DNA of 55,329 nucleotides from Ferruginibacter sp. (GCA_035355815.1 DAOQRQ010000001.1:1664-56992); one strand, 5' to 3'. Numbered from the stretch's first letter, positions 37,886-48,933 are shown. Numbers and translations are program-made. Notes: generated by a model from the letters alone, not told the origin.

Positions 37886-38674
37886 TTACTGTATATTGAA
37901 TGAGTCAGCGTCTTTCCAGAAAGGAAATTTTTCTCTTACTTCTTCCAGTTTTTCTTTTTGCAGGGTGATAGTGAACACGTCTTCTTCATCGGCCATGTGA
38001 TACAGCACCTGCCCAAGCGGATCTATGACCAGGCTGTTACCGCTGTGATAAATATTATTACCATCTGTTCCCACCCTGTTCACGCCAATTACGTAACATT
38101 GATTTTCGATGGCCCGTGCACACAACAACGTTTTCCAGGCATGGCTGCGCCGTTCGGGCCAGTTGGCAACATAGATCAACAGGTCGTATTCGGCACCATC
38201 CTCTTTTATTTGTTGCCGGGACCAAACCGGGAACCGCAGGTCATAACAAACCTGCAGGTTTATTTTCCACCCTTTTACTGAAGCGATCAGTCTTTTGTTT
38301 CCGCCGCTATATTTCTCATCTTCTCCCGCATAGGCAAACAGGTGGCGTTTATCATAATGACCATATTGTCCGTTGGGCAGCATCCATATTAAGCGGTTGT
38401 AAAATTTCCCCTCTTCTTCAATGATAACACTTCCGGTAAGTATGATCCCGTTCTCCCGGCTAACCCGTTGCATCCATTGTATGGTTTCGCCATCCATTTT
38501 CTCGGCAAGCAGCGATGGGTTCATACTAAACCCTGTGCTGAACATTTCGGGCAATACAACAATTTCTGTTTTCTCTTCTATGGAAGCAATTTTTTGTTCC
38601 AGCATGTGCAGGTTGGCTGACTTCTCTTCCCATAACAAACTGGTTTGAATGGTGCTGATGGCGAGGGTTGACAT
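37886..38674 (-). CDS. Nitrilase-family amidohydrolase (YafV/omega-amidase-like)
   Basis: Glu-Lys-Cys triad in LPEMF, YDKRHLF and CYDLRFP; ARAIENQ. Confidence 0.9.
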   Translation of the reverse strand: MSTLAISTIQTSLLWEEKSANLHMLEQKIASIEEKTEIVVLPEMFSTGFSMNPSLLAEKMDGETIQWMQRVSRENGIILTGSVIIEEEGKFYNRLIWMLPNGQYGHYDKRHLFAYAGEDEKYSGGNKRLIASVKGWKINLQVCYDLRFPVWSRQQIKEDGAEYDLLIYVANWPERRSHAWKTLLCARAIENQCYVIGVNRVGTDGNNIYHSGNSLVIDPLGQVLYHMADEEDVFTITLQKEKLEEVREKFPFWKDADSFNIQ

Positions 38675-38892
38675 GAAATTCTGTTATATACAAATTTACG
38701 GATTGAATGAATAGAACCGTTCAGAACCTGCGTAGGTTTGCGTTTTAACGGCCATTTAAAAACAAAAGCCTACTTTTGCGCTCCACTCCTTTCATAAGAT
38801 ACGCCTGTTGCAGGCCAATGTGGTAAACAAATATTCCCGCTGATTCAGAAAATGCAACGTCTTTGCCAGCCTTATACTAAATAAACCATTTA

Positions 38893-40158
38893 ATGGCATT
38901 TAAAAAATTAGACCTGATTGATCCCATCCTTAAAGCATTGGATGCAGAAGGATATACAACACCCACGCCCATCCAGGCACAATCTATTCCCCTGATACTG
39001 GAAAGAAGGGACCTGCTTGGCTGTGCACAAACCGGAACCGGAAAAACGGCCGCCTTCGCCATTCCCATCCTGCAGATCTTACACCAGCAAAAACAGGAAG
39101 AGCGTGGGCCACGTAATATTAAAGTGCTGATCTTAACCCCCACCAGGGAACTGGCGATACAGATCGACGAAAGCTTTGCGGCTTATGGAAAACATACCGG
39201 GCTTTCACACACTGTTATTTTCGGCGGGGTATCACAGTTACATCAAACCAATATATTACGGCGGGGGGTCGACATACTGGTTGCAACGCCCGGAAGGCTG
39301 CTTGACCTGATAAGCCAGGGTTTCATTGATCTGAAATACCTTAAGATATTTGTACTGGACGAAGCCGACCGTATGCTTGATATGGGTTTCATTCACGACG
39401 TTAAGCGCATCATCACCAAATTGCCGATAAAAAGGCAAACGCTTTTTTTCTCGGCTACCATGCCGCCTGAAATTCAAAAACTGGCGAATGTATTACTGAC
39501 AAACCCGGCTAAGGTAGAAGTTACGCCGGTGTCATCTACTGTTGATGCTATTGAGCAAAGTCTTTATTATGTTGATAAGAAAGACAAGCCCTCTCTGTTA
39601 TTACACTTATTAAAAGACGAGAAGATCGTTACGGCGCTGGTGTTTACCCGAACAAAGCACGGAGCCGATAAGGTGGTAAAATTTTTACACAAGCATGATA
39701 TCACTGCTGCGGCCATTCATGGAAACAAATCGCAGAATGCCCGGCAAAATGCGCTGAGTAATTTCAAAGGTGGAAAGATCCGGGTATTGGTTGCAACCGA
39801 TATTGCGGCCAGGGGAATTGATATCGACGACCTGTCGCATGTTATTAACTTCGAACTACCCGATGTACCCGAAACCTATGTACACCGCATTGGCCGAACC
39901 GGAAGGGCTGGTAATACCGGTATCGCTATCTCATTTTGTGATGCGGAAGAAAGAGATGAATTAAAAGACATTCAAAAGTTGATTGGTAAAAATATACCGG
40001 TGATTGACGGCCACCCGTATCCCCTGAGTATTGATCTTTCTGCTCCTCCTGTAAGAACTCCGCAAAAAACAATGCCGAAACGTTCCCGGGGGTTTGGAAA
40101 TTTTGATAAGGCCAAGGGCCGGAATTTTAACAACAGGTATAAAACAAGCCGTGGCTAA
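38893..40158 (+). CDS. rhlE: DEAD-box RNA helicase (RhlE-like)
   Basis: AQTGTGKT, PTRELA, DEAD, SAT, HGNKSQ, HRIGRTGRAG; basic tail. Confidence 0.9.
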   Translation: MAFKKLDLIDPILKALDAEGYTTPTPIQAQSIPLILERRDLLGCAQTGTGKTAAFAIPILQILHQQKQEERGPRNIKVLILTPTRELAIQIDESFAAYGKHTGLSHTVIFGGVSQLHQTNILRRGVDILVATPGRLLDLISQGFIDLKYLKIFVLDEADRMLDMGFIHDVKRIITKLPIKRQTLFFSATMPPEIQKLANVLLTNPAKVEVTPVSSTVDAIEQSLYYVDKKDKPSLLLHLLKDEKIVTALVFTRTKHGADKVVKFLHKHDITAAAIHGNKSQNARQNALSNFKGGKIRVLVATDIAARGIDIDDLSHVINFELPDVPETYVHRIGRTGRAGNTGIAISFCDAEERDELKDIQKLIGKNIPVIDGHPYPLSIDLSAPPVRTPQKTMPKRSRGFGNFDKAKGRNFNNRYKTSRG

Positions 40159-40224
40159 CCAATATACCCAGTAACCACATTATATTGGGTGTGGCAACGC
40201 TGTATATTACAGCAAAAAAATTTT

Positions 40225-40722
40225 ATGAAACAATTCCTTGGTCTTTTACTTATTGCTTCAACAATTACCCTGTTGAGCGCCTGCAACAATGAGGTTGCTA
40301 AAACAGAGCCTGTTGCTGCGGTTTTTAGTCTTGATAGTGTTAAGGCGGCTATCGAAGTCAGTAATAAGGTTTTCGGCGAGTGCTGGGCTACCGGTGATTC
40401 TGTCCGGTTTGCCGGCTGTTATACAACGGATGCCTGTATTAATCCTCCCAACCTGCCCAGGATGTGTGGATCAAAAGCGATCACCGCTTTTTTTAATGGG
40501 GGTTACCAAATGGGGGTGCGTAATATTAAAATCACTACCGAAGAGGTCATGGGTGAAGCCGGGGGCGTAGCAGAAATGGGTACCTACGAAATGTTCGGGG
40601 ACAAAAACATGTCTTTGGACAAAGGAAAATTTATTGTGGTTTGGAAACAGGAGAACGGGAAGTGGAAAATGCACCGGGATGTATGGAACAGCGATACCAC
40701 GCCGCCACCGCCTGCAAAATAA
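40225..40722 (+). CDS. NTF2/SnoaL-like (DUF4440) lipoprotein
   Basis: Lipobox LSAC; GKFIVVWKQENGKWKMHRDVWNS terminus typical of the fold. Confidence 0.8.
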   Translation: MKQFLGLLLIASTITLLSACNNEVAKTEPVAAVFSLDSVKAAIEVSNKVFGECWATGDSVRFAGCYTTDACINPPNLPRMCGSKAITAFFNGGYQMGVRNIKITTEEVMGEAGGVAEMGTYEMFGDKNMSLDKGKFIVVWKQENGKWKMHRDVWNSDTTPPPPAK

Positions 40723-40739
40723 TTTTAATTTACGTTTTT

Positions 40740-40767
40740 AAAAAACCGGGGTTTATCCCGGTTTTTT
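40740..40767 (+). terminator. Intrinsic terminator
   Basis: AAAAAACCGGG-gtttat-CCCGGTTTTTT. Confidence 0.8.
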
Positions 40768-40836
40768 ATTTGCCGGTTCTTTCAAAATAAAATTCCTACT
40801 TTCATTTAGCCTTTTAAATCTTTTATTATTCCTGTT

Positions 40837-41928
40837 ATGGCGCCGCAGAAATATTTCTCTTATTTACTGAATCCGCTGGAGTTGCTGCGTACCAAAAAAG
40901 TATTGCAGGTAAATCAGCCGGTTATCGCCGAAAGAAAAGAACCGGAGCAAACTTCCATTTTTGTTTTTGATTATAATTCATCAGGTGTGACTTTTAAACA
41001 GACAAATCATGTTCCCGATTGCTTTCCGTACATGGATTCTCCAACGGTGTCGTGGCTGAATGTGGATGGTTTGCGCAAAGCGGATGTGGAAACGATCTGT
41101 GCACATTACGGCATTCATAACCTGATCGCCGAAGATATCCTTAGCCTTGGCCAGCGGGCCAAAACAGATGAGATCAATGGTTTGCTCTTTTGCCTGTTAA
41201 ACATGTTGTATTTTAATGAAAAGGATTCCGCGGTGGAATTTGAACAGATAAGTATTGTATTGGGTAAAAATTTTGTTATCAGCTTCCAGGAAGATCCGGA
41301 AAGGGATGTTTTCAATCCGCTGCGGGAACGGTTAAAAATAAACAATACCAAGCTCAGGCAAAACGGTGCTGATTTTTTATTCTATTCGCTTATCGACATG
41401 ATCGTTGATAATTATTTTGTGGTAATGGAAAAGCTGGGAGAAAAGATCGAGGAGCTGGAAGAAGATATTGTGCGGCGGCCCAACACCAGGAGCCTTGCAA
41501 AAATAAACCTGTTGCGTAAAGAGATGATCGTATTAAAAAGAAGCGTGGCCCCGGTGAGAGAACTGGTGAGTGGTATATTGAGAAGCGACACCGAGTTGAT
41601 CGAGGAACGTACCGGGAAATATTTTAAGGATGTATACGATCATATCTTACAGGCAAACGACGTGGTGGAGAACTACCGGGATATGATGATGAACCTTCAC
41701 GACCTGTACCTTAGTAATGTAAACCTTAAAATGAATGAAGTGATGAAGGTGATGGCGGTAGTGACCTGCCTGCTTGCTCCTGCCACGGTCATTGGCGGTA
41801 TTTTTGGGATGAACTTTGAAGTAATTCCTTTTGCACACGAAAAAGTCGGCTTCTATTCTATTGTGTGCCTTATGATTTTTATCCCCCTGGTTATGCTCTA
41901 TATATTTAAAAGGCGGGGATGGTTCTAG
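40837..41928 (+). CDS. corA: Magnesium/cobalt transporter CorA
   Basis: WLNVDG, MNEVMKVM, GMN signature and two C-terminal TM helices. Confidence 0.93.
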   Translation: MAPQKYFSYLLNPLELLRTKKVLQVNQPVIAERKEPEQTSIFVFDYNSSGVTFKQTNHVPDCFPYMDSPTVSWLNVDGLRKADVETICAHYGIHNLIAEDILSLGQRAKTDEINGLLFCLLNMLYFNEKDSAVEFEQISIVLGKNFVISFQEDPERDVFNPLRERLKINNTKLRQNGADFLFYSLIDMIVDNYFVVMEKLGEKIEELEEDIVRRPNTRSLAKINLLRKEMIVLKRSVAPVRELVSGILRSDTELIEERTGKYFKDVYDHILQANDVVENYRDMMMNLHDLYLSNVNLKMNEVMKVMAVVTCLLAPATVIGGIFGMNFEVIPFAHEKVGFYSIVCLMIFIPLVMLYIFKRRGWF

Positions 41929-41932
41929 TTTC

Positions 41933-42439
41933 TTATTTTTTCTTGTAGATGGGCACTGTGCTGCAGGGCTCGCCATACATGATACTCTTTGCCAGTGGGC
42001 GCAGGAGGTTGGTGGCGCTGATGTATGCCGATTCGGGAATGGGTTGCTCTCCACAGCCTTTTATTACAACTCTTTTATCCCTGTACGCTTCGGGATCAAT
42101 GGCTGAAATATTTTTTAGAAGCAGGGTTTGCTTCAGGATATTCTCGTCGCCAAAAATAATTTCTTTTGCAACGGGTTGAAGATAACTTGCTGCCAGCATA
42201 TATGCCCACATGGGTATTACTGCGTCGGCTGAGCAGGTGATGGCAATATTCTTTCCGGTATACGGAGTAAGGTCAAGGACCTTCAGCGCTTCCCGGAAAT
42301 CTTTTTCCTTTAATATAAGCCCCATGAATAAATGGTCTTTCATATCAAACAGAACGGCCTCTTCTTTTGGATAAAATTCTTCCAGGTCAAGGGTTATCAA
42401 TCCGCTTTCGGAAACCTTATTTACTATCGGTTCATCCAT
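41933..42439 (-). CDS. DUF2480-family protein
   Basis: IVNKVSESGLITLDL, CSADAVIPMWAYML, VVIKGC, MYGEPCSTVP. Confidence 0.85.
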   Translation of the reverse strand: MDEPIVNKVSESGLITLDLEEFYPKEEAVLFDMKDHLFMGLILKEKDFREALKVLDLTPYTGKNIAITCSADAVIPMWAYMLAASYLQPVAKEIIFGDENILKQTLLLKNISAIDPEAYRDKRVVIKGCGEQPIPESAYISATNLLRPLAKSIMYGEPCSTVPIYKKK

Positions 42440-42453
42440 GCTGCAAAGATAAA

Positions 42454-42486
42454 TAAACGGCCCGCAAGATCATTGCAGGCCGTTTA
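42454..42486 (-). terminator. Intrinsic terminator after the PpiD-like gene
   Basis: Minus-strand RNA UAAACGGCCUGCAA-UGAUC-UUGCGGGCCGUUUA followed by UUUAU. Confidence 0.7.
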
Positions 42487-42511
42487 CGATTAAAGGTATT
42501 TAACGAAGCCG

Positions 42512-44644
42512 TTAAAAGAATTTGCTTCGGTTATCTTTTATGGTTGCTTTTTTGCGGAGTCCCTCAAACCAGCTTGTGGCAGCCTGGTTACGAAGAGCTG
42601 CCGCCTGTTGTGTTTTGAACTGGGCTGCTTCTGCTTCTGTATCGGGCGCCTTGCTTGCAATTCCGTTTACTTTAAAAACATAAACCATTGTTTTCCCGGC
42701 AAGCGGGGCGGCTACTTTGTTCAGGTTCTCTTTATTGAATATGGCGCCAATCAGTTTGGGTTCTGTTCCAATACCATTGATGATTGGGCTGGTAAAAGTC
42801 AATGAAGAATCGAGCCCGGCGGGTAGAACTTCTTTGCCGTATGTGGTGGCGGCCTTTTCAAGGGTTGGGTTAGCGCCAAGGTTCTTTATTATCTGCTCTG
42901 CTTTTTTCTGGTCTCTTATTACACCCTCTACCATTGGTTTGGCTGTTTCCACATCCTGTGTTCCTTCCGGGAAAATTTTATCAACTACGGCCACCACAAA
43001 CATATCGCCTATATTGTAAGGATCGCTTATGTCGCCCTTTTTGGCTTCAAATACCCAACGGATCAATTGGCGGGCATCCCGTAGTTCTCCTGCATTGGCA
43101 TCGTTTTCTTTTATCAATGCGGCTGAAGATATCTTTCTCAGTCCGTTCTTCTGAATGTATGCATCAAAGTTTTTAGGGTCTTTTTGCGCAGCAAGTTTGG
43201 TTGCCTCCAGGCTGGCTTTTTCGATGGTTGCTTCGCTGGCTAATATCTCTTTTGCTAAAAACGCAATTTTATAGGCCGGGCCTGATCCTTTTTGGCCCAT
43301 TACTTCCACAATATGGTAACCAAACTGTGTTTTCACTACTTCCCTTGAACCAACCGGTTTTTCAAAACAGAATTTATTAAATTCCGGAACCATTTGCCCG
43401 TAATAGATACTTGGATATATTCCGCCTTCGTCTTTATTGCCGTCGGATGAAAACTGTTTTGCCATTGCCGCAAAATCGGCCCCGGCGTTGATGGCAGCAA
43501 GAACACTATCTGCCCGTTTGTGTGCTACGCTGTCATCTATTATTGGTTCGCCTGTTTGTGGGTTTACAGTACCTATTAAAATATGTCTTGCTTTCACGCT
43601 GTCGGGAAGGCTGCGGGCTCCCATATATTTCGCAAGAACGTAACCGTTCCTGTCTATATAAGGACCATAAACCGAACCCGGCGCAATCTTTACGATGGAA
43701 TCAACCGCTATGCTGCTGATCTTTGACTTAGGAACATAGTTGGTATCAAAGTCAATGGTGGATGCGTTCCTTGCCAGGAAGTTCTTTACATTGGTCTCGG
43801 TTACAAATGCATCTTTCAAAGACTCAAGGGTGGTTCTGATTCTTGCACTGTCTGCTCCGTCGGGCAGCTGGCTGAACGTTACGTATGATATGGTTCTTCC
43901 GGCCTCTTGTTTAAACAGGTCTTTGTGCGACTGGATGTATTTTTCGATCTCAGCATCAGAAACCTTTATCGTACTGTCGCTGATTACACTATATGGTATA
44001 CCCACGTAAGAAATGCTGGCAAAATTCTTTTTATCGGCCATATCTTTTTCTTCCATCCAGGCGGGGTAATATGCGCTGGCATTCAGCATGGCGAAATATT
44101 TTCCGGAAATACTGCTTATTTTTTGCGGGCTTATGAGTTGGGCGTTAATAATATCCAATTGTTCGTCTTTTGCCTTTTTGATATTACTGATCGCCTGGTT
44201 CACCTTGGCAATATCCAGTTTGCCCGTTTGCGGATCAACCATATCTTTTTCCTGCATAAGCGGGTTAGATTGATCGCTGGTTTTTAATATGCTTTCCAGT
44301 TCTTTTGATGTAAAATCAATACCCAGCTTATCGGCCTCGGCATAAAATACCTTTTCGGCAGTAATGGTGTTCCAAACCTGTTCCCTGATCTGGGCCAGGC
44401 GTGCAGGGTCTGGCTTTTTACCCGACTGCTGTTCTTCCTGAAGTTCCAGGAAATCGGCCTTCTTCTTAAACTCATCATATCCAATGGAAGTGCCGTTAAC
44501 CTTGCCGATATTTTCCGACCTTGAGCTAAAGATCTGGTTACCCTGCTGCTTGGCGTCCATTAATATAAAACCAATAAGGCTTAAAGCTATTACTGCTATC
44601 ACAATAGCTGCCCCTTTATCACGAATTCCCTGAATGATTTGCAT
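42512..44644 (-). CDS. ppiD: PpiD-like membrane-anchored chaperone / peptidyl-prolyl isomerase
   Basis: N-terminal TM anchor, SurA-like N domain, parvulin motifs KARHILI, MVPEF and TQFGYHIV. Confidence 0.8.
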   Translation of the reverse strand: MQIIQGIRDKGAAIVIAVIALSLIGFILMDAKQQGNQIFSSRSENIGKVNGTSIGYDEFKKKADFLELQEEQQSGKKPDPARLAQIREQVWNTITAEKVFYAEADKLGIDFTSKELESILKTSDQSNPLMQEKDMVDPQTGKLDIAKVNQAISNIKKAKDEQLDIINAQLISPQKISSISGKYFAMLNASAYYPAWMEEKDMADKKNFASISYVGIPYSVISDSTIKVSDAEIEKYIQSHKDLFKQEAGRTISYVTFSQLPDGADSARIRTTLESLKDAFVTETNVKNFLARNASTIDFDTNYVPKSKISSIAVDSIVKIAPGSVYGPYIDRNGYVLAKYMGARSLPDSVKARHILIGTVNPQTGEPIIDDSVAHKRADSVLAAINAGADFAAMAKQFSSDGNKDEGGIYPSIYYGQMVPEFNKFCFEKPVGSREVVKTQFGYHIVEVMGQKGSGPAYKIAFLAKEILASEATIEKASLEATKLAAQKDPKNFDAYIQKNGLRKISSAALIKENDANAGELRDARQLIRWVFEAKKGDISDPYNIGDMFVVAVVDKIFPEGTQDVETAKPMVEGVIRDQKKAEQIIKNLGANPTLEKAATTYGKEVLPAGLDSSLTFTSPIINGIGTEPKLIGAIFNKENLNKVAAPLAGKTMVYVFKVNGIASKAPDTEAEAAQFKTQQAAALRNQAATSWFEGLRKKATIKDNRSKFF

Positions 44645-45231
44645 GTTTATATGAAATTAAAATGGAGGGCAAAAATAGGGTAAAAAAGCATACAAACAGG
44701 CATTTATATACCAAAAAGGCCTTTATATACTGCAGTTTACAATGATTAGATAAATTTATTATTTATTATTATTCCTATTTTATAACGGGTCTTTTCATGT
44801 ATCTGGCAGATATTAACAAGCTGATGTTAATATACTCGTTTTTATGTTGAAAAGACGGGTTTTAATATTCTGATAGTATTAGTAAAAAGAGGAAAGATTG
44901 GTATTGGTTCACCGGACTTTTATTTTGTGGGTGATAACCTCCCTTTTATACCTTACTTATCAACCTTAAAAATCAGTGTGGATATTCTTTAAATTTCCAC
45001 CGGGTAAATTATTAACAGTTGTATACAAGTTGATAAAATAAAGCAAGTTCACTGCCGGGTGGGGTGTTACAGGGTAAACTATTGATAATTATAAATGTTA
45101 ATTACCTGTTGATGATAGTTAGTAAGTTAAACAATTTAATTTTGCAAAAGGGTTAGCGTGTAATATTTCCACAAATACACATCCCTAGTAGTAGTAGATA
45201 ATTATATAAATAATAAGTATTAATACATATT
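44645..45231. other. Putative chromosomal replication origin (oriC)
   Basis: Longest gene-free gap, very AT-rich, with many DnaA-box-like 9-mers (TGTGGATAT 44977, TTATCAACC 44957, TTATTAACA 45009, TGTTGAAAA 44845, ATTTCCACA 45165), then CTAGTAGTAGTAG and an AT-rich tract; parS and mnmG lie nearby. Confidence 0.7.
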
Positions 45232-46236
45232 ATGACAGATATCAACACAGCAAAATCAAGAATCAATGAAACAGGTTTCCTGGATTTAGAGGTTGACCCG
45301 ACGATTGATCTGTTTGCAGAAATTGAAAAACTAAAAAAAGAAAAGAATGCCGTTATTCTTGCACATTATTATCAGGAACCGGATATACAGGATGTGGCGG
45401 ATTATATCGGAGACAGTCTTGGGCTGGCGCAGTATGCAGAAAAAACGAATGCAGATATTATTGTTTTTGCCGGCGTTCACTTTATGGCAGAAACTGCAAA
45501 GATCCTAAATCCTGGAAAGAAAGTGTTATTACCCGACCTTAAGGCGGGATGCTCCTTAAGCGATTCCGCTCCTCCGCCGTTGTTTAAGGTATTTAAAGAA
45601 AAGCACCCAGATCATAAAGTAATAAGCTATATTAACTGCTCGGCCGGCATTAAGGCATTAAGCGATATTATCTGTACTTCCTCTAATGCGCAGAAAATTG
45701 TAGAAAGTTTACCGATAAGTCAGCCCGTCATTTTTGCTCCCGATAAGAATCTGGGGGCCTATATAAATAAAAGGACGGGGCGTAATATGTTATTGTGGAA
45801 TGGAGCATGTATGGTTCATGAGATATTTAGCCTGGAAAAGATTGTAAAACTAAAGCACCGGCATCCTAAAGCAAAATTCATAGCCCATCCCGAATGCGAA
45901 GATGCTGTATTAGCAGAAGCTGATTTTATAGGAAGTACAACCGGATTGCTTAATTTCACAAAATCGGATACGGCTACCGAATTTATTGTGGCTACCGAAA
46001 CCGGAATCCTTCACCAAATGCAAAAGAACAGCCCGGAGAAAACATTTATTCCGGCACCACCAAATAATAGCTGCGCCTGTAATGATTGCCCGCACATGAA
46101 ACTTAATACACTGGAAAAATTATATTTATGTTTAAAATACGAACAACCTGAAATTGTTATGGATGAGGAGTTGAGGCTGGCAGCAAAAAAACCAATTGAT
46201 TTAATGTTAAAAATAAGCGCACAATATGGGCTTTAA
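45232..46236 (+). CDS. nadA: Quinolinate synthase
   Basis: LAHYYQ, GDSL, GVHFMAE, AGCSL, YINCSA, CMVH, AHPEC, CPHMK. Confidence 0.95.
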   Translation: MTDINTAKSRINETGFLDLEVDPTIDLFAEIEKLKKEKNAVILAHYYQEPDIQDVADYIGDSLGLAQYAEKTNADIIVFAGVHFMAETAKILNPGKKVLLPDLKAGCSLSDSAPPPLFKVFKEKHPDHKVISYINCSAGIKALSDIICTSSNAQKIVESLPISQPVIFAPDKNLGAYINKRTGRNMLLWNGACMVHEIFSLEKIVKLKHRHPKAKFIAHPECEDAVLAEADFIGSTTGLLNFTKSDTATEFIVATETGILHQMQKNSPEKTFIPAPPNNSCACNDCPHMKLNTLEKLYLCLKYEQPEIVMDEELRLAAKKPIDLMLKISAQYGL

Positions 46237-46738
46237 ATGCGTGAGTAAAAAAATAAACACGATAATCTGGGTATTACTTTCTTTTTTCACCATAGTGGGA
46301 TGTTCAGAAAATAATAAACCAGCAGAGGATACTTTTTATATTGAGTTGATAAATTTCAACGATAGTCTGCGAAATTATATTTCTGAAAATACATTTGGAA
46401 AAGCAGCGTTTTATAAAAATAACGAACTGACGGTATTGTCTCAGAACTTTATTACAGAAAAATATCCGGGAATGCATTACCTGGAAGCGATTCCATCAGA
46501 TGACAGGAATATTAAGACAAGAGAAAATAAAATCAGGGTTGAATTTGTGGGAAATTACTCGGTAGACAGTATCAAATACTCCTTACAGAAATATAAGTTT
46601 AAGGATAATCAATGGACAAAGATATCAGATCTTGGGGTACTTAAAGCTGTAACAACACAAAAAAAAGCAAAGATGTTTTCTGTAAACGAATTTGGAAAAC
46701 AAATAGTGCTTACTGTAGCAGAATATACATTCCATTGA
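46226..46738 (+). CDS. Hypothetical lipoprotein
   Basis: Hydrophobic segment plus lipobox IVGC; the start could instead be GTG at 46241. Confidence 0.65.
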   Translation: MGFKCVSKKINTIIWVLLSFFTIVGCSENNKPAEDTFYIELINFNDSLRNYISENTFGKAAFYKNNELTVLSQNFITEKYPGMHYLEAIPSDDRNIKTRENKIRVEFVGNYSVDSIKYSLQKYKFKDNQWTKISDLGVLKAVTTQKKAKMFSVNEFGKQIVLTVAEYTFH

Positions 46739-46835
46739 TAAATCAGCCTGATCAATAAAGATTAACTGATTATAGAAACAAACATGAAATAAAAATTAGC
46801 CTATCTTAGGGGACACTTAACTCTCCGCATTACTA

Positions 46836-48089
46836 TTGAATAAATTGATCAGGCATATACCTTTTTTAAAGGCTGTATTACTACATAGCCTTACTGCTTT
46901 TGGCGGACCGCAGGGACACACCGGAATGGTTTTAAAAACTTTTGTTGAAAGACGGAGGGATCTGACACGAGACGAACTGATGGAGTATATCGGGTTTTGC
47001 CAGTTATTACCTGGTGCATCATCTACTCAAACACTGACATTAATCGGTTATAAGAGAGGGGGAGTCCGGCTTGCAGTAATCACACTGATTATATGGATAT
47101 TTCCTGCCTGTTTTTTAATGGGTGGGTTGTCCTTTATTGTTGGAAATATCGAAAAGAGCGGAATCCAGACGAATATATTCCGTTTTATTCAGCCAATGGC
47201 AATAGGTTTTTTAGCGTATGCAGCAGTTCGTGCGTACCAGATAAGTATTAAAAATACTATTACAAAAGTGATAATGGTTATTTCTGCAGCAGTCACTTTT
47301 TTTCTTTTTAAAGCACCCTGGATAATTCCTGCTTTGATTGTATGCGGCGGGATCGCCACAAATTTCAGCAGTAAGAGAATTCCTGAAAAGGAAATAGTAA
47401 AACCAAAGCATATCCGTTGGACTAACATCTGGTTGTTTGTGATGATTTTTATCGTGGCGGGCATTTTAAGTGAAACAGCGAGAAAACAGAAGTGGGAGAA
47501 TCGGAAACAGTATAACCTTTTTGAGAATTTCTACCGATTCGGAAGCTTTGTTTTTGGCGGCGGGGATGTTCTGATTCCATTAATGCTAGATCAGTATGTG
47601 GCCAGGCCAACATCAGAGGCGGTAATAAAAAGAAACCCAGACCTGGTGAGGATCGATCAATCTGAATTATTGACCGGAGCAGGCATAGTGAGGGCTATTC
47701 CGGGGCCAGTTTTCTCAATTGCTTCTTTTGTCGGCGGTGTTGCTTTAAAAAAAGAAGGAGCGAAAATTCAGTTAATTGGGTGTCTTATCGGGTCTGTGGC
47801 AATTTTTCTTCCCAGCGCCTTACTGGTACTATTTTTCTTCCCGGTATGGCAAACATTAAAAAAGTATGTGGTAGTTTACCGGTCTTTGGAAGGAATAAAT
47901 GCATCGGTGGTGGGTATTATGATTGCCGCAACATTATTTTTATTGAAAAACACGTCGGTGTTCAGCATTAATAGCGATAGCCTGATTAGCCTGGCCGTCA
48001 TTGCCGGAACATTTTTTGTTCTGCAAAGTTCAAAAATTCCGGCGCCCTTTATTGTTTTATTCTGCCTGCTGTTAGGATGGATTCTTTAA
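46836..48089 (+). CDS. chrA: Long-chain CHR (chromate ion transporter) family protein
   Basis: Duplicated motifs AFGGP..QLLPG and FVFGGG..AIPGP, AIFLP; TTG start. Confidence 0.88.
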   Translation: MNKLIRHIPFLKAVLLHSLTAFGGPQGHTGMVLKTFVERRRDLTRDELMEYIGFCQLLPGASSTQTLTLIGYKRGGVRLAVITLIIWIFPACFLMGGLSFIVGNIEKSGIQTNIFRFIQPMAIGFLAYAAVRAYQISIKNTITKVIMVISAAVTFFLFKAPWIIPALIVCGGIATNFSSKRIPEKEIVKPKHIRWTNIWLFVMIFIVAGILSETARKQKWENRKQYNLFENFYRFGSFVFGGGDVLIPLMLDQYVARPTSEAVIKRNPDLVRIDQSELLTGAGIVRAIPGPVFSIASFVGGVALKKEGAKIQLIGCLIGSVAIFLPSALLVLFFFPVWQTLKKYVVVYRSLEGINASVVGIMIAATLFLLKNTSVFSINSDSLISLAVIAGTFFVLQSSKIPAPFIVLFCLLLGWIL

Positions 48090-48662
48090 TTCGGTCTTAT
48101 AATAGCCGGCCAGCTCAATTTCTTCCTTTACAATGTCTGGTACCAGGAATCGGATAGACTTTTTGCTTCTGATTAAATTGCGAATATGCGTTGAAGAAAT
48201 TTCAAGAAGAGGGGCATTCAGGATCTTGATTTTTGCTCCGAAAGTGTGTATGATCTCAAAGCCGGGTCTCACATAAATATAGATTGAATGATTTTTTATA
48301 ATACTCTCATAATTCTTCCACTTATCAATATTCTGAAATCCATCACTCCCCATAAGTATGCAGAATTCATGGTCGGGAAATTTTTCCGATAAGTAGGCAA
48401 GGGTGTCACAGGTATATGAAGGTTTGGGCAATGAAAATTCTACACTACTTGCTCTTAACTTATTTTCGCCATCAATTGCTGATTTAATTAAATGAAGGCG
48501 GTGATATTCATTAAGCAGCGAAACGGATTGTTTGAATGGATTTTGCGGCGATACAATAAACCAAACCTGGTTAAGATCGGTTTCATGTGCAGCATAATTG
48601 GCTATTATCAAATGGCCAATATGAACAGGGTTAAAGGAGCCAAAATACAGCCCTACTTTCAT
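48072..48662 (-). CDS. nadD: Nicotinate-nucleotide adenylyltransferase
   Basis: [24 protein letters not shown]. Confidence 0.95.
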   Translation of the reverse strand: MKVGLYFGSFNPVHIGHLIIANYAAHETDLNQVWFIVSPQNPFKQSVSLLNEYHRLHLIKSAIDGENKLRASSVEFSLPKPSYTCDTLAYLSEKFPDHEFCILMGSDGFQNIDKWKNYESIIKNHSIYIYVRPGFEIIHTFGAKIKILNAPLLEISSTHIRNLIRSKKSIRFLVPDIVKEEIELAGYYKTELKNPS

Positions 48663-48684
48663 TAATTATTTGATAATCAATAGT

Positions 48685-48933
48685 TTATAAAATAATATTG
48701 GGTATTGTTTTTTCCTCTACCCAAATCTTCTCAGCCTCATCTAACCTTAGGCTTAATCTGTAGCCAGCCACCGAAATAGATATTGGATCTCCTAATGGGG
48801 CAATTTGATCAACATTAATTGCTTCCCCAGGAATACAGCCCATTTCCATAAGTTTTAAAAATATCTCATCATTTTCAAACTCACAGATTGTTACTGTTTT
48901 ACCTATAGTTATTTCCGACAACCTTTTTCTCAT
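48685..48933 (-). CDS. feoA: FeoA-family SH3-like protein
   Basis: KLMEMGCIPG, APLGDPI, LSLRLDEA. Confidence 0.88.
   Translation of the reverse strand: MRKRLSEITIGKTVTICEFENDEIFLKLMEMGCIPGEAINVDQIAPLGDPISISVAGYRLSLRLDEAEKIWVEEKTIPNIIL

Noticed and set aside
45185-45198. TAG repeat as a microsatellite or phase-variation tract
   Set aside because: Only about four units, intergenic, and better explained as DnaA-trio-like repeats next to DnaA boxes.
46836-48089. Acquired chromate-resistance determinant
   Set aside because: No chrB/chrC or mobility genes; it sits among core genes, and the substrate cannot be inferred from sequence alone.
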